DNA of 64,000 nt from an uncultured delta proteobacterium (GCA_963745025.1 CAVUWD010000014.1:224001-288000); one strand, 5' to 3'; shown: positions 20,188 to 30,637, counted from the first letter of the stretch. Notes: generated by a model not told the origin, from the sequence alone. Program-made: numbers and translations.

Positions 20188-20580
20188 CTATCCGGTCCAG
20201 TCCGCCAGTTGAAAATCCTCGGGTACCCGCATGAAGAGCAGCTTCGCGGGGCCCTCGAGCACGCGGGTCTGGTGGCCCCTGCCGCGCGGATCGTCGGCCA
20301 TGAACATTCCACCCGCGCTCCAGCGCCGCTTCTCGCCGCTGGTGACCTCGACTTCGAGGACCCCGCTCAGCACGAAAACGATCTGCCGGTTGGGAACAAC
20401 GTGCCAGTCCTGATCGAGACCGTGCGGCATCTCGGCGATCACCACGCTCGGCGGGCTCAAGGGCTTCGTGAGACGGTAAGTGTTTCCAAACTCGTCCGTG
20501 TAAGGCTGCGGAAAGGGGATCTCGACTTCCTCGAAGCGAGAGCCGCCCTCGGGCGTGTTGAAGAAGCGAACGATCTTCAT
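20188..20580 (-). CDS. Cupin-like protein
   Basis: DWH..PNRQ..LSG..E..D..GRGH; RBS GGAGGA. Confidence 0.8.
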   Translation of the reverse strand: MKIVRFFNTPEGGSRFEEVEIPFPQPYTDEFGNTYRLTKPLSPPSVVIAEMPHGLDQDWHVVPNRQIVFVLSGVLEVEVTSGEKRRWSAGGMFMADDPRGRGHQTRVLEGPAKLLFMRVPEDFQLADWTG

Positions 20581-20864
20581 TGGGCACTCCTCCTGCTTCG
20601 CGTGATTCGGCAGCGGAGGATAGCCGCTTAGCCGCTTAGTGAAATGTGAATACCAACATGTTGTAAGTGGCAACGCCGTTCAATCTTCATGCGGCTAAGG
20701 CTAGCTAGCGAAGCGCGGCCTCAGACCAGGAAGCATGCGCCACGGCGCTCCTCGCGCATATGGCTATCGCATAACGGCACATACAGTCCGAACCATCAGC
20801 GATATGCCATAGGCCACGAGTGCGGCTGCAATGGCATCCGAGCTTCGTCCGTGACGCCTGCCCG

Positions 20865-21794
20865 TCAGCCCTCGCCCGGATCGCCCCGGCTGGCCGCGAC
20901 ACTGACACCGAGAGGGCCGCGGGGTACCTGGATCTCGAACCGCCGGCCTTGGCGGAGGATCTCCATCCGCACGTTCTCCCCGGCGGTGCCGGCGCGGGTG
21001 GCGGTGACGAGCTCGCTGGGAGCGAAGATGCGGGTCTCGCCGTAGCTCAGAACCACATCCCCGGCCTGTAGGCCTTCCGCCGCCGCCGGTGATTCGAGCA
21101 GCACCTCGTTGATGGCGACGCGGTTCGGCTGGTCAAGGGCGGCGAGATAGCGGTCGTACCTCTGGTCCCCGATCTCGTCTCGGATCGACGTGCGTTGCCC
21201 CTCGATCTCCGCCATCTTCGCGGCGAAGCCGGGCGTGTCCAGCCATCCCTCCCGCTCTGCCTGATTGCGCAGGTAGATCTCGGACAGGCCGAGTCCGTCC
21301 TGCCGCCGCCTGATCTCGGTCGCGGTCGTCGTGTCGATACCGGCGGCGACCAGCGCGCGCTCCATTGCCGTGCTGGCATCGTAGACGGGCGCCGGGTCGG
21401 CTGCGCTGCCGGGTGCGGCCCGTGTCGCCGGCGCGGCCGCTACGGGCTCGGGCCTTGAGGGCACCGCGCGCGGAGTCTCGTGGCCGCTGCCGCGCAGCGC
21501 GGCAAGCTCGGTCGCGAGCACATCGATCCGTTCCTCGAGGCGGCGCCGCCCATCCGCTTCCGCTGCCAGGTTCGCCGCTAGCAGCTTGAGCCGCCGTTCC
21601 AGCCCGATGGCGTGCCGATCGCCTCCGCCCTCGGTCTCACGGGCACCTGGGCTCTGCGCAGATGCGGACACCGAGCCTCCGAGGCGCCCCTCCGCGGGCT
21701 CGATTCGGCCTCCTTCACCCCGCCAACCGAGCCAGACACCTGCCGCCAGGCCGAGAGCGACAAGCAGAGCACCGTACACAGCTGTCCTGTTCAT
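20865..21794 (-). CDS. Membrane-anchored PDZ-domain protein
   Basis: N-terminal TM, coiled coil, SPAAAEGLQAGDVVLSY..RGPLGV. Confidence 0.75.
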   Translation of the reverse strand: MNRTAVYGALLVALGLAAGVWLGWRGEGGRIEPAEGRLGGSVSASAQSPGARETEGGGDRHAIGLERRLKLLAANLAAEADGRRRLEERIDVLATELAALRGSGHETPRAVPSRPEPVAAAPATRAAPGSAADPAPVYDASTAMERALVAAGIDTTTATEIRRRQDGLGLSEIYLRNQAEREGWLDTPGFAAKMAEIEGQRTSIRDEIGDQRYDRYLAALDQPNRVAINEVLLESPAAAEGLQAGDVVLSYGETRIFAPSELVTATRAGTAGENVRMEILRQGRRFEIQVPRGPLGVSVAASRGDPGEG

Positions 21795-21819
21795 TCACAC
21801 GATCCTTCGAGCGCGCTGA

Positions 21820-22065
21820 TTGTGGCGGTGTCGTGCAGGCGACGCAACAGGCTGTCTCGTCCGCGCGACCTTCGACGGCGAGGTCTGCCATCTGATCGTC
21901 CATCCGAGCGGGCGCTACAACCGCCACCGGCCGTATCCGATTCCCAAGGGCCTCGTCGAGCCCGGCGAGCTGCCCGAGAAGGCGGCGCTGCGCGAGACCC
22001 GCGAGGAGGCGGGCCTCGACTGCCGGATCCTCGCGCCGCTCGGCGAGATCGACTACGTGAAGCAT
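21820..22065 (+). pseudogene. NUDIX hydrolase fragment
   Basis: PKGLVEPGELPEKAALRETREEAG Nudix box; both ends disrupted. Confidence 0.75.
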
Positions 22066-22187
22066 CCGACATTCCGCGTTTCGTCGTCAAACACCCCGCT
22101 CACGACAGCCCGCTCAGGACCCATAGCACCGTATCGAGACGCTCGGTTTCCAGACCCGGTTGAGGTAATATCCATACTTGAGATAAT

Positions 22188-22574
22188 GTGCATTTTGTGC
22201 GACTGCGTCCTCTCCCGCCGAACGCGACGCTGTCGCAGATCGGCGCTCGCGTTCGCGAGATCGTTCGGCGAGCGGAGAGCCTCAGCCTCTATTCGGCACA
22301 TGCATTACAAGCCATGCGGGACGATCACGTCAGCGTTCGGGATCTCGAGACGGTTCTCGGTGGTTGCGCGATCGTCGAGCGGGAGGAAGAGAGCAAGTTC
22401 AAGGCGCAAGGCAGGACGATCGACGGCGCGGTGGTCTTCGTGATCGTAAAGCTCGTCGAACTCGACACCGGCCTCTACGTCATCACCGTGTACCGAGCCG
22501 ACAAGCGGCCGGAGGCAACCAAGGCTGCGACGGGCACCGTCGTCGTCATGAAAAAGAAGAGGAGAACTCCATGA
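22188..22574 (+). CDS. Putative toxin, DUF4258/RelE-like
   Basis: SAHALQAMRDD...GRTIDG...LYVITVY; overlaps antitoxin start (ATGA). Confidence 0.65.
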   Translation: MHFVRLRPLPPNATLSQIGARVREIVRRAESLSLYSAHALQAMRDDHVSVRDLETVLGGCAIVEREEESKFKAQGRTIDGAVVFVIVKLVELDTGLYVITVYRADKRPEATKAATGTVVVMKKKRRTP

Positions 22575-23122
22575 CGAAGTGCCCCGAATGCGGGAAGAAG
22601 ATCGAAAAGAGGACGATCCGCGAGTTTCGCGACGACGTACTCCTCGGGCTGTCGGGCGTCGTTCTGGTGGACTCCGTGGTCCGCTATCGCTGCCCGGCCT
22701 GCGGGTTCGAGGCAACTTCGATCCCGCGCCAGGGCGAGCTCGGCACGGCGATGGCAGTCGCGCGCGTGAAACACCCGCAGAAGCTGGCGGGACGAGACGT
22801 CCGGTTCCTACGCAAGGAGATGGGCCTCACGGCCAAGGCACTCGCGGCGAAGATCGGCGTCCACGTGGAGACCGTCTCTCGCTGGGAGAATGATCGGGAA
22901 CCGATCGGCCCGTCGAGTGAGAAGCTCTTGCGGCTCATGGTTCTTATCGAACTCGGCGACAAAGCCCTCGGCGTCGACTACGACGAGCGGGCTGTCGCAG
23001 CGATGCGCGTCGAGGCGGTGCGCCGAGGCAGAGGCTTCGAGGCGCGCTTGCAGCTCGCGCCCATGCGCGTCGAACGCAAGCGGCAGCCGGTCTGGAGCGA
23101 ACTTCTTCCGCAGGCGGCATGA
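22571..23122 (+). CDS. MqsA-like antitoxin (zinc finger + Xre HTH)
   Basis: CPECG..CPACG; VRFLRKEMGLTAKALAAKIGVHVETVSRWEN. Confidence 0.8.
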   Translation: MTKCPECGKKIEKRTIREFRDDVLLGLSGVVLVDSVVRYRCPACGFEATSIPRQGELGTAMAVARVKHPQKLAGRDVRFLRKEMGLTAKALAAKIGVHVETVSRWENDREPIGPSSEKLLRLMVLIELGDKALGVDYDERAVAAMRVEAVRRGRGFEARLQLAPMRVERKRQPVWSELLPQAA

Positions 23123-23206
23123 CCGTGGCGCCCCCTAGACTTCAGATGCCCCTGAGCAAATCACCCACGGAATCAGCGCATCAACCGCGTCACCAAACGC
23201 TTGGCG

Positions 23207-23234
23207 CGAGATTGAACCACGTGGTTCAATCTCG
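23207..23234. repeat. Palindrome copy 3 (28-bp perfect: CGAGATTGAAC-CACGTG-GTTCAATCTCG) followed by conserved tail
   Basis: Directly read; tail GGCTCTATGTAGGCCGATGTAGGACG. Confidence 0.95.
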
Positions 23235-23482
23235 GGCTCTATGTAGGCCGATGTAGGACGCATATGCCACGCGGTACGAGCGCACGGCTCCGAATGTAAC
23301 GGTGGCGGCCGTCACACGGGCAGGATCGGGCGTCCTCGTCGGATGTGGATACGTCCATCGGAGTCCTTGAATGTTCCCGACCCGATACCGGGACACCGAG
23401 CTTGTTCGATGAATCGCTTTGTGCTCAGGTGCCGCTGGACGTCGACAGCGCGACCGACGCGATCACCGCAGGGGGAGTCAGT

Positions 23483-24334
23483 ATGACAACCGCGCTCATC
23501 ACCGGATGCGCTTCGGGCTTCGGCGAGCGAGCTGCCCTGGCGCTGGCACGCAAGGGCCTGCGAGTCGCCGCAGGCGTTCGCGACTTTGGCCGCGCCCAGG
23601 GTCTGGTCGATGCCGCGGCCCGCGAGAAGCTGCCCGTGGAGTTGGTGAAGCTCGACGTGCGCAGCGACGAGTCGGTTGCGGCCGCCGTCGCCGACGTGCA
23701 TGCGCGCATGGGCCAGATCGACATCGCGATCAACAATGCAGGGCTGCATCTGATCGCACCCGCGGAACTGTGCTCGATTCGCGATTGCCAGGCCATTCTG
23801 GATACCAACGTGCTGGGCGCACTGCGCGTCATGCAGGCTGTCCTTCCGGAGATGCGGCGGCGCCGCGCCGGGCGCATCGTCATCGTCACCTCCGCCGGGT
23901 CGTTCGTGGCCGTCCCGCACATGGCGATGTACACGGCGAGCAAGCACGCGCTCGACGCTCTCTCGGCTGCCATGGCCAACGAGGTGAAGCCGTTCGGCAT
24001 CGTCATCACGACCGTCGCACCGGGAACGTTCCACACGGCCATGGCGCAGAAGGGCCTGCTGCCGCGCGAGACCTACGACTACAGCCCATATGCCGCCGCC
24101 CAGTGCCCCCAGCACATCAAGGACATCGAGGAGGGCCCAGACCCCGAGCCCGTAGCCAACGCCATCGTGCGTGCCGCGCTCGATCCCGATCCGCCCCTGC
24201 GCGTCCTGGTTGGCAACGGGTTGGACGCCTCGCTGGGTCCCGTGGTCGCCATGCACGACAGCTTCCAGTCGTGGTTCGCCCCACGCGAGGCGGGGGCGGC
24301 TCCTTCGTCCCCCTTGCTGAAGAGTGCGCCGTAG
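23483..24334 (+). CDS. SDR oxidoreductase
   Basis: TGCASGFG, NNAG, YTASK. Confidence 0.92.
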   Translation: MTTALITGCASGFGERAALALARKGLRVAAGVRDFGRAQGLVDAAAREKLPVELVKLDVRSDESVAAAVADVHARMGQIDIAINNAGLHLIAPAELCSIRDCQAILDTNVLGALRVMQAVLPEMRRRRAGRIVIVTSAGSFVAVPHMAMYTASKHALDALSAAMANEVKPFGIVITTVAPGTFHTAMAQKGLLPRETYDYSPYAAAQCPQHIKDIEEGPDPEPVANAIVRAALDPDPPLRVLVGNGLDASLGPVVAMHDSFQSWFAPREAGAAPSSPLLKSAP

Positions 24335-24377
24335 GCGGTCGCTCGCAACGTCGTGTAAGGTTCGCTTCCGCACCAAC

Positions 24378-25139
24378 ATGCTCCACACCTACGTACGTCA
24401 TGCCAACGAGGGAGAGTTCCAACTCGCTACGCCAGGGACCTTTGTTCGCGACCTCGGCGTCGGCGACATCACCGACGGTGAGCTCACCGCTCAGGTGGTG
24501 CGCATCGAGCCGGAAGGCGCGTACATCGAAGAGCTGCACCGGCACGACGAAGGGTTCTCGCTGGCCTACGTACTCAAAGGCTGGCTTGACGTGGAATTCG
24601 AGGAGATCGGGGTGCAGCATCTCGGTCCGGGCACCGTCATCCCCGCCTACAACGGACCCAGACACCACGAGCTCGCCTGCGGCGACGGATTCGAGCTCCT
24701 GCTTCTGGTGACGCGGAAGTCGATGAGCGGAGACGACCGGCAGCGGATCATCGTGCAACAGGAACGCGACGCGCCGTACAAAGCAGGGCTCAGGGACAAC
24801 TTCCTGTGTCGCGACTTCGGACTCATGCCGTTGACCGGTGGACGCATGGTGGCGCACTCGATCAAGGCGCTGCCTGGTCAGGATCCACACCGGCGGTGGC
24901 ACGCGGGCACCTCCGACTTCCGGTTTGTCTACGTGGCCAACGGCTGGGCGGAGTTCGAGTACGAGGACATCGGCGCCGTTCGGCTGGAGAAAGACTCGAT
25001 GGTCTATCACCCGCCGATGATCCCTTACGTCGAGGTGGCGTGCAGCGACGACGTGGTGATCGTGGAAGTGGTCACACCCCCCGAATTCGAACCCGCGCCG
25101 GCGAGACTCCGGGCTCCGTCGGCGAGCCGAACCGGTTAG
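24378..25139 (+). CDS. Bicupin protein
   Basis: Two repeats RDLG..H.H..YVLKGW..FE / RDFG..WH..YVANGW..FE. Confidence 0.75.
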   Translation: MLHTYVRHANEGEFQLATPGTFVRDLGVGDITDGELTAQVVRIEPEGAYIEELHRHDEGFSLAYVLKGWLDVEFEEIGVQHLGPGTVIPAYNGPRHHELACGDGFELLLLVTRKSMSGDDRQRIIVQQERDAPYKAGLRDNFLCRDFGLMPLTGGRMVAHSIKALPGQDPHRRWHAGTSDFRFVYVANGWAEFEYEDIGAVRLEKDSMVYHPPMIPYVEVACSDDVVIVEVVTPPEFEPAPARLRAPSASRTG

Positions 25140-25169
25140 CGCGGCACATTTCCTCCGGCAGGCCGCACG

Positions 25170-25345
25170 GCCGCGCGAGAATGGGGCAAGTACAAGATCA
25201 ACGTCATCTGGGGTGACCCCGTCAAGGATGCTGGAGGGCTCGCCGTCTTTCTCGCGTCGAGCGATGCCGACGACTACTTGACGGGCATGACCTTTCAGCT
25301 CGACGGCGGCGGCAGATGCATGCATGCATGCATGCATGCATGAGA
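25170..25345 (+). pseudogene. Internally deleted SDR C-terminal remnant
   Basis: AREWGKYKINV...[25 protein letters not shown]. Confidence 0.6.
25316..25342. repeat. (ATGC)6ATG tetranucleotide microsatellite
   Basis: Directly read. Confidence 0.95.
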
Positions 25346-25393
25346 TGCGTAGACGGACGACTCCTGTATATCTGGAGCTCCTAGGATAAGAAC

Positions 25394-25813
25394 ATGAAAA
25401 AGTCGGGCGCGAGCCAAGGCCAATCGGCATCGGAGCTCATCTCGAAAAGAATCGCCGAACTCGGAGACTGGCGCGGGGAAACCCTCAGTAGAATGCGCAA
25501 ACTCATCAAGGAAGCAGACCCGGACGCCGTCGAGGAGTGGAAGTGGATGGGCACTCCGATTTGGTCGCACGACGGCATCATCTGCACTGGCGAATCCTAC
25601 AAGAATGTCGTGAAGCTTACCTTCGCCAAGGGCGCGTCTCTGAAGGATCCGGCCCGTCTCTTCAACTCGAGTCTCGACGGAAACGTACGCCGCGCGATCG
25701 ACATCCACGAAGGAGAAGAAGTTGACGAGTCCGCCTTCAAGGCGCTCGTTCGCCAAGCGGTCGCCCTCAACAGTTCTGGCAAGTCCAAACCTTCGAAGAA
25801 GGCGAAGTCCTAA
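25394..25813 (+). CDS. DUF1801 domain protein
   Basis: [35 protein letters not shown]. Confidence 0.85.
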   Translation: MKKSGASQGQSASELISKRIAELGDWRGETLSRMRKLIKEADPDAVEEWKWMGTPIWSHDGIICTGESYKNVVKLTFAKGASLKDPARLFNSSLDGNVRRAIDIHEGEEVDESAFKALVRQAVALNSSGKSKPSKKAKS

Positions 25814-25986
25814 GGGATTCCACCCTTGTGTCGCTTCTCGACGCCGTCTCTCCCGAACCGGACGAGATTCGGCGAAGACTCGATACCTACTTCGGAGCCT
25901 CCCTTGGGTTGGACCTTCAGACGCTCGTCTGGAAGCTCGTGGACGCGATCAAGCGACTCCAAAGCCTGAAGAAGGAGCGCATCCCG

Positions 25987-26505
25987 ATGGATCTGAACCT
26001 CAAGGACAAGATCGCCGTCGTAACCGGGGCCAGCAAGGGCATTGGCTTGGCGGTCGTCAAAGCACTCGCCCGCGAGGGCGCCCGTGTTGTTGCCGGTAGC
26101 CGGACCACGTCAGCCAAACTCGCTGCCGTGCGCGATGCCCACGGGGTCACCGTCGTCGGCGTTGACTTAGGCACCGCCGACGGCCCGGTCTCGCTTGTCC
26201 GCGCCGCCGTAGACTGTCACGGCAAGATAGACGTGCTGGTCAATAATCTCGGGGCAACCAGTCCTCGGACCGGATTCTTGGAGGTCAATGACGGCGAGTG
26301 GCAGCGGGTCTTCGATCTCACCTTCTTCAGCGCGGTCCGCGCGAGCCGGACGGCGCTGCCGTACCTTCTCGCTGCCGGAGGCGGCGCGATCGTCAACATC
26401 AGCTCGATCAACGCTCGGCTGCCCTTCCCCATGGTGGTGGACTACTCCGCGGCCAAGGCTGCGCTGACCAACCTCACCAAAGCGCTATCGGAGGAATTTG
26501 CGGTG
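25987..26505 (+). pseudogene. SDR oxidoreductase, 3'-truncated
   Basis: TGASKGIG, YSAAKAA, similarity ends at LSEEFA. Confidence 0.75.
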
Positions 26506-26716
26506 CGAAAAGACGGGCGTTTCGTGAGCCCCTCCCGCCGCACTTTCACAAGACTCGTCATGCTTCAGGGGTACCACTACGATTGTTTGACGGCCCCTTC
26601 GAAGCGGCGAGTTCCCCCGCCGGCCCACCACGGGCGTCATGCTACCCGTCGTTCGGGGTTAGATAGCTGAGGCGTCTTTCGTTGGCGCACACGCTTTCGG
26701 GTGTCATACTCGCCCT

Positions 26717-26929
26717 GTGGGCAATCAGGGATTCGCCGTAGAGCTGGAACGCGAAGAGGATGGTCGCTGGATCGCCGAGGTACCGAGCCTTCCTGGCGTG
26801 ATGGTCTACGCCAAGACGCGGGACGAGGCGATGGCGAGGGTCGAAGCGCTAGCGCTGCGCGTGCTCGCCGATCGACTGGAGCACGGTGAGGCGGTTCCCG
26901 AGGTGACCCGTTTGTTCTTCGCCGCGTGA
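26717..26929 (+). CDS. HicB-family antitoxin
   Basis: EREEDGRWIAEVPSLPGVMVY..TRDEA. Confidence 0.85.
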   Translation: MGNQGFAVELEREEDGRWIAEVPSLPGVMVYAKTRDEAMARVEALALRVLADRLEHGEAVPEVTRLFFAA

Positions 26930-27150
26930 GCGCCTGGCCTGCGTCGAAGGCGAAGCGGGTTCTCGCGGCGCTACTCAAGATAGGCTGGGCGATCAAGCGC
27001 ACCACAGGATCGCATCGGGTCCTGACACGTGCGGGCTGGCCCGACTATGTTTTCGCCTTCCACGACCAGGACGAGATCGGTCCGCGGATGCTCGCACGGA
27101 TCGGCAGGGCGACGGGGCTCGCGCCGAGATCCTCGTCCGTGTCGACGTAG
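26926..27150 (+). CDS. HicA-family toxin
   Basis: GW..KRTTGSHRVL..FHDQDEIGPRMLARI; GTGA overlap. Confidence 0.85.
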   Translation: MSAWPASKAKRVLAALLKIGWAIKRTTGSHRVLTRAGWPDYVFAFHDQDEIGPRMLARIGRATGLAPRSSSVST

Positions 27151-27382
27151 GCTGAGCACGCCTCGCTCGCCGGTGACGTCGTCAAGCCGGTGCTGCTGCC
27201 GCAGGCCTGATCGGGAACGAACGCGGAATGGTCTGCGCAACCACCCGGCTGTCGCGCGCCTAGCGTTTGCTCGACTTTTCTTTACTCGACGCAATGGGCC
27301 GGATCCTCACGCGGCGGCCGTACGCCAAGCGTCGAGGTCACGTACTCCATGGATCGACGAAGATCCCGTCATCCATGCCTGC

Positions 27383-28240
27383 TCAAGCGAGTCTTTCCGC
27401 AACCCCGCGGTCGAGCATTCCGTCGAGGATCGGCCAGTTCAACTGGGTAGCCGCGGCGTCGGCGACGATGACCGCGCCGTTGATCATGCGGGCCGCCGGC
27501 GAGCAGAGAAACAACACGATGGCCGCCATGTCCTCGGGATCGGCGTAGCGCCAGCGGCTCGGCTGATCTCTCACTGCCTCGACCGTGGTCCCATAGTTCG
27601 CCATTGCCGCGGGGCTCAGCGTCAACCCCGGCGCGACGGCGTTGATCGTCACGTTCTTGGCCTCGAGGTAAGGGGCCAGGCTTCGCGTCAGGCTGACAAC
27701 GCCTGCGCGCGCGGCGCCCGAATGTGCGAACATCGGCGCTCCTCGCTCGAACACGTAAATGTGCACGATGTTGACGATCGATCCACGGCCCCGCTCCATG
27801 AGGTGAGGCATGAAGCGGTTGCACATGTTCCAGGTGCCGTTGAGGTTGAGGTCGACGACCGCCCGCCAGCCGTTGTCGCTGATGGCGAACGGACTCGCCG
27901 TGAATTGGCCGCCCGCGTTGTTGATGACGAAGTCGACGGAGCCAAATCGGTCGAGCGTCGCGTCGCGCAGTCGCTCGACGGATGCCACGTCCCGGATGTT
28001 GACCTCCACGTGGAGGCAAGGGGCGCCGGTGGATTCGACTTCGCGGGCGACCTCTGCCAGCTCGGCCGGCTCGTTGCTGGCGATGACAACGTTCGCCCCA
28101 AGGCGAGCGAAGCCGAGAGCGGTTGCCCTGCCGATGCCGCGGCCGCCGCCGGTGATGAGCCCGGTCGTTCCCGAGAAGAGCCCCGGGGCGAACACGAGAA
28201 GCGGATTGGGTCTCTGCGTTTCCATTGGCATGTCCCCCAT
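27383..28240 (-). CDS. SDR (2,4-dienoyl-CoA/trans-2-enoyl-CoA reductase-like)
   Basis: TGGGRGIG, NNAGGQF, HSGAARAG. Confidence 0.85.
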   Translation of the reverse strand: MGDMPMETQRPNPLLVFAPGLFSGTTGLITGGGRGIGRATALGFARLGANVVIASNEPAELAEVAREVESTGAPCLHVEVNIRDVASVERLRDATLDRFGSVDFVINNAGGQFTASPFAISDNGWRAVVDLNLNGTWNMCNRFMPHLMERGRGSIVNIVHIYVFERGAPMFAHSGAARAGVVSLTRSLAPYLEAKNVTINAVAPGLTLSPAAMANYGTTVEAVRDQPSRWRYADPEDMAAIVLFLCSPAARMINGAVIVADAAATQLNWPILDGMLDRGVAERLA

Positions 28241-28368
28241 GAGAACGTGCGCCTCTAATATCGTGTCACTATGATTCGCTTGCCTTATGTGCCCCCGTTT
28301 CTCAGACCGGGGGTCGCTGACCTCGCCACGGCCGCGCTTCCTCGCGGATAGCCGGCGGATACCGGCGA

Positions 28369-29532
28369 TCACAGAAACGAGCCCGTGGCACTCAACCCGA
28401 GCTCGGGCCAAGCCCCCGTGGCGATCGATTCGAAGATACCGAAGCCCTTGGCGTCGCCCTCGCGCACGCGCACGATCGAATCGCGCAGTTGATGGATGCG
28501 GCGAAGCGTTTGCGGCTCGGTCGTGTCGGGGATGCGCTCGCCGTCGACATGGCGCTCGCCGCGCCACATGCCGTGTTTCTTGCCGTCGAAGCCGAGATAG
28601 AGCGCCGTGCCGAGGTAGAAGCCCGAATCGCCGACTACTTCGAGCTCGACATTGCGGGTCTCGCCGGAGAGCATGTCGAAGGAGATGGTTCCCTTCTGCG
28701 GGCGGCGCGTGCGATCGTCGTACTGGAGCTTGGGGCGCACGCGGCCGACGCGCTCCTGGGTGCCGTCGGGGTGGTTCAGATAGCCGGAGAAGTAGAAGGG
28801 ACGGCCGTCACGCATCTGCAGGTAGTAGTGGAACTCGTAGCGGGTGCCGTCCGGCCGCTCGAGCAGCAGCGGCGTCCACTGCAGAAGGACCGACGAGTCG
28901 GCCAAGGACCGATCTCCGAAGTCCCGCGCCGGGCGGAGGTCGGTCGGCGGAGCGCCAACGTCGAGGCGGACACCCCACGAGTGGTCACGAAAGGCGAACC
29001 AATCGTCGGGACGGACCTCTTCCTTGTTCCCCTCGACTCGCACCCAGCCGGACACGGTGCCGGCCTGATGGTAGCGGATGACGTCGGAGACCACGCGGAA
29101 GCCGCGCTCGTCGCGTTGCGCGTGGCGGTCCTCGAAGTAGGGAGGAAGCTTCTTCTCGAAGGTCACATCGAACGTCAGCGGCAGGACGTCGTTCTCGTCG
29201 AGCCGGATGCGGACCTTGTGGAGCGGCTCGACGACCTCGTAGCTGAGGGGACTGACCATGCTCGTGGTGGGATCGCCGGCGAGCTCGCGGCTGGCGCGGA
29301 CCGTCCACTGCTCGTTGCCGCGCGAAATGCCGCCGAAGGCGTCCATGACGTTGCGGTTTTGGTAGCGGCCGAGGCCGAAGTCGATCTGCAGCGAGCCGTC
29401 CTTCTTCGGGATCGACAACCAGATCTTCTCGGTCCAGGAAAGATCGGACTCGGCGACGGTGGCGAAGGTATCGACGATTTGGTGGTTCAACCCTTCGTCG
29501 ATGGACAGGAGCTTGCCGATGTTCGGGGTCAT
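28369..29532 (-). CDS. Conserved hypothetical protein (AttH/tocopherol-cyclase-like beta fold)
   Basis: 387 aa; RYHQAG.VSGW, RDHSWG motif. Confidence 0.6.
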   Translation of the reverse strand: MTPNIGKLLSIDEGLNHQIVDTFATVAESDLSWTEKIWLSIPKKDGSLQIDFGLGRYQNRNVMDAFGGISRGNEQWTVRASRELAGDPTTSMVSPLSYEVVEPLHKVRIRLDENDVLPLTFDVTFEKKLPPYFEDRHAQRDERGFRVVSDVIRYHQAGTVSGWVRVEGNKEEVRPDDWFAFRDHSWGVRLDVGAPPTDLRPARDFGDRSLADSSVLLQWTPLLLERPDGTRYEFHYYLQMRDGRPFYFSGYLNHPDGTQERVGRVRPKLQYDDRTRRPQKGTISFDMLSGETRNVELEVVGDSGFYLGTALYLGFDGKKHGMWRGERHVDGERIPDTTEPQTLRRIHQLRDSIVRVREGDAKGFGIFESIATGAWPELGLSATGSFL

Positions 29533-29659
29533 GTTGGTGGTCCTCCGATGCCGCGCTCGTATCTCTGTTGGCAGACGGCAGGCAAGTGATCGAAGGGACG
29601 AAGAAAATGACCTGAGAGGGCGGTGGGACTCCTGCGACGGAGATCTGATCCGGCGCTGG

Positions 29660-30637
29660 TCAACCGATGCGTCGCCGAATCAGCTCCACGTACTTCGGGA
29701 CCACGGGGCCCCAGGCCGCGAAGCGCGGATCGGTGGCGCGGCCGGTTCGATGGAGATGGAAGCCGAGACCGATGATCGCGGCGATCTTGCACATGCCGAG
29801 TGCCTCGTACCGACGGATCTCACGAGCCGTGCGCCCGGTCCCTGCCTCCCAAGCCGCGATCATGCGGGTGCGGTCCCACCACCCCGGCAGATCGAGACCG
29901 GCGGTCGCGATTGCTCCCGCTCCCTGATCGTAAAACGAGGCGAGGTAACCGAGATCGGTGAGCGGCTCACCGACGTGCGCCATCTCCCAATCGAAGAGGC
30001 CGACGAGTCGGCCGTCCCTCTGCCAGAAGCAATTCCCGTGCTTCGGATCGCCGTGCACCGGCGTCGGCGCGCCGGAGCACGGCGGGGGGTTGATCGTCAG
30101 ATCGTCCAGCAGCTCGAGAAGCGGCTGCGGAGCCTCGGCGCTTCGCGCCACGTCGCGCCAATGGGACGCCTCTTCGGCGGGCGTCTTTTGCGGCCCAGGC
30201 ATCAATTCGACCGGCATGCGGTGGACGGCGACGACCGCGCCGATCCATTGCGACGACATGTACCCTCGTACGTCTTCGGACGCCGCCGCCAGCCAGGCGG
30301 GAACCTGGTATTCGAACGCCTCCCCGGAGAGCCGCTCCATGATGAAGAAGGGAGCGCCGATGACGGACGGATCGGTGCAGAGCTCGAACACTCGGGGTAC
30401 CGGCGGACCACCCGAAAACGTGCCGACGGCGGATAGCACGCGGTGCTGGAAGGCCATGTCGTAAGGAGGCAGCAGGCCTTCTTCGGAGGGCTCCGTCCGC
30501 AGAATGCGGTCGAGCCCCTCGAGCAAATACGTCTCGTTCGAGTGACCGGTCGATAGCGGGACAACTCGTGTGATGGCCTCGCCGCCACTCAGGTACTGAC
30601 GAAGCCCCCGCAGCAGCCGCTCGGGATCGCGCGCCAT
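29660..30637 (-). CDS. Phosphotransferase family protein (APH/ACAD10-like)
   Basis: GHSNETY, GAPFFIME, VHGD..GN, DWEMA.VGEPL.DL. Confidence 0.9.
   Translation of the reverse strand: MARDPERLLRGLRQYLSGGEAITRVVPLSTGHSNETYLLEGLDRILRTEPSEEGLLPPYDMAFQHRVLSAVGTFSGGPPVPRVFELCTDPSVIGAPFFIMERLSGEAFEYQVPAWLAAASEDVRGYMSSQWIGAVVAVHRMPVELMPGPQKTPAEEASHWRDVARSAEAPQPLLELLDDLTINPPPCSGAPTPVHGDPKHGNCFWQRDGRLVGLFDWEMAHVGEPLTDLGYLASFYDQGAGAIATAGLDLPGWWDRTRMIAAWEAGTGRTAREIRRYEALGMCKIAAIIGLGFHLHRTGRATDPRFAAWGPVVPKYVELIRRRIG

Noticed and set aside
29481-29490. Partial match GGTGGTTCAA to the palindrome
   Set aside because: Half-site only, inside a CDS (codons LNHQ); likely chance.
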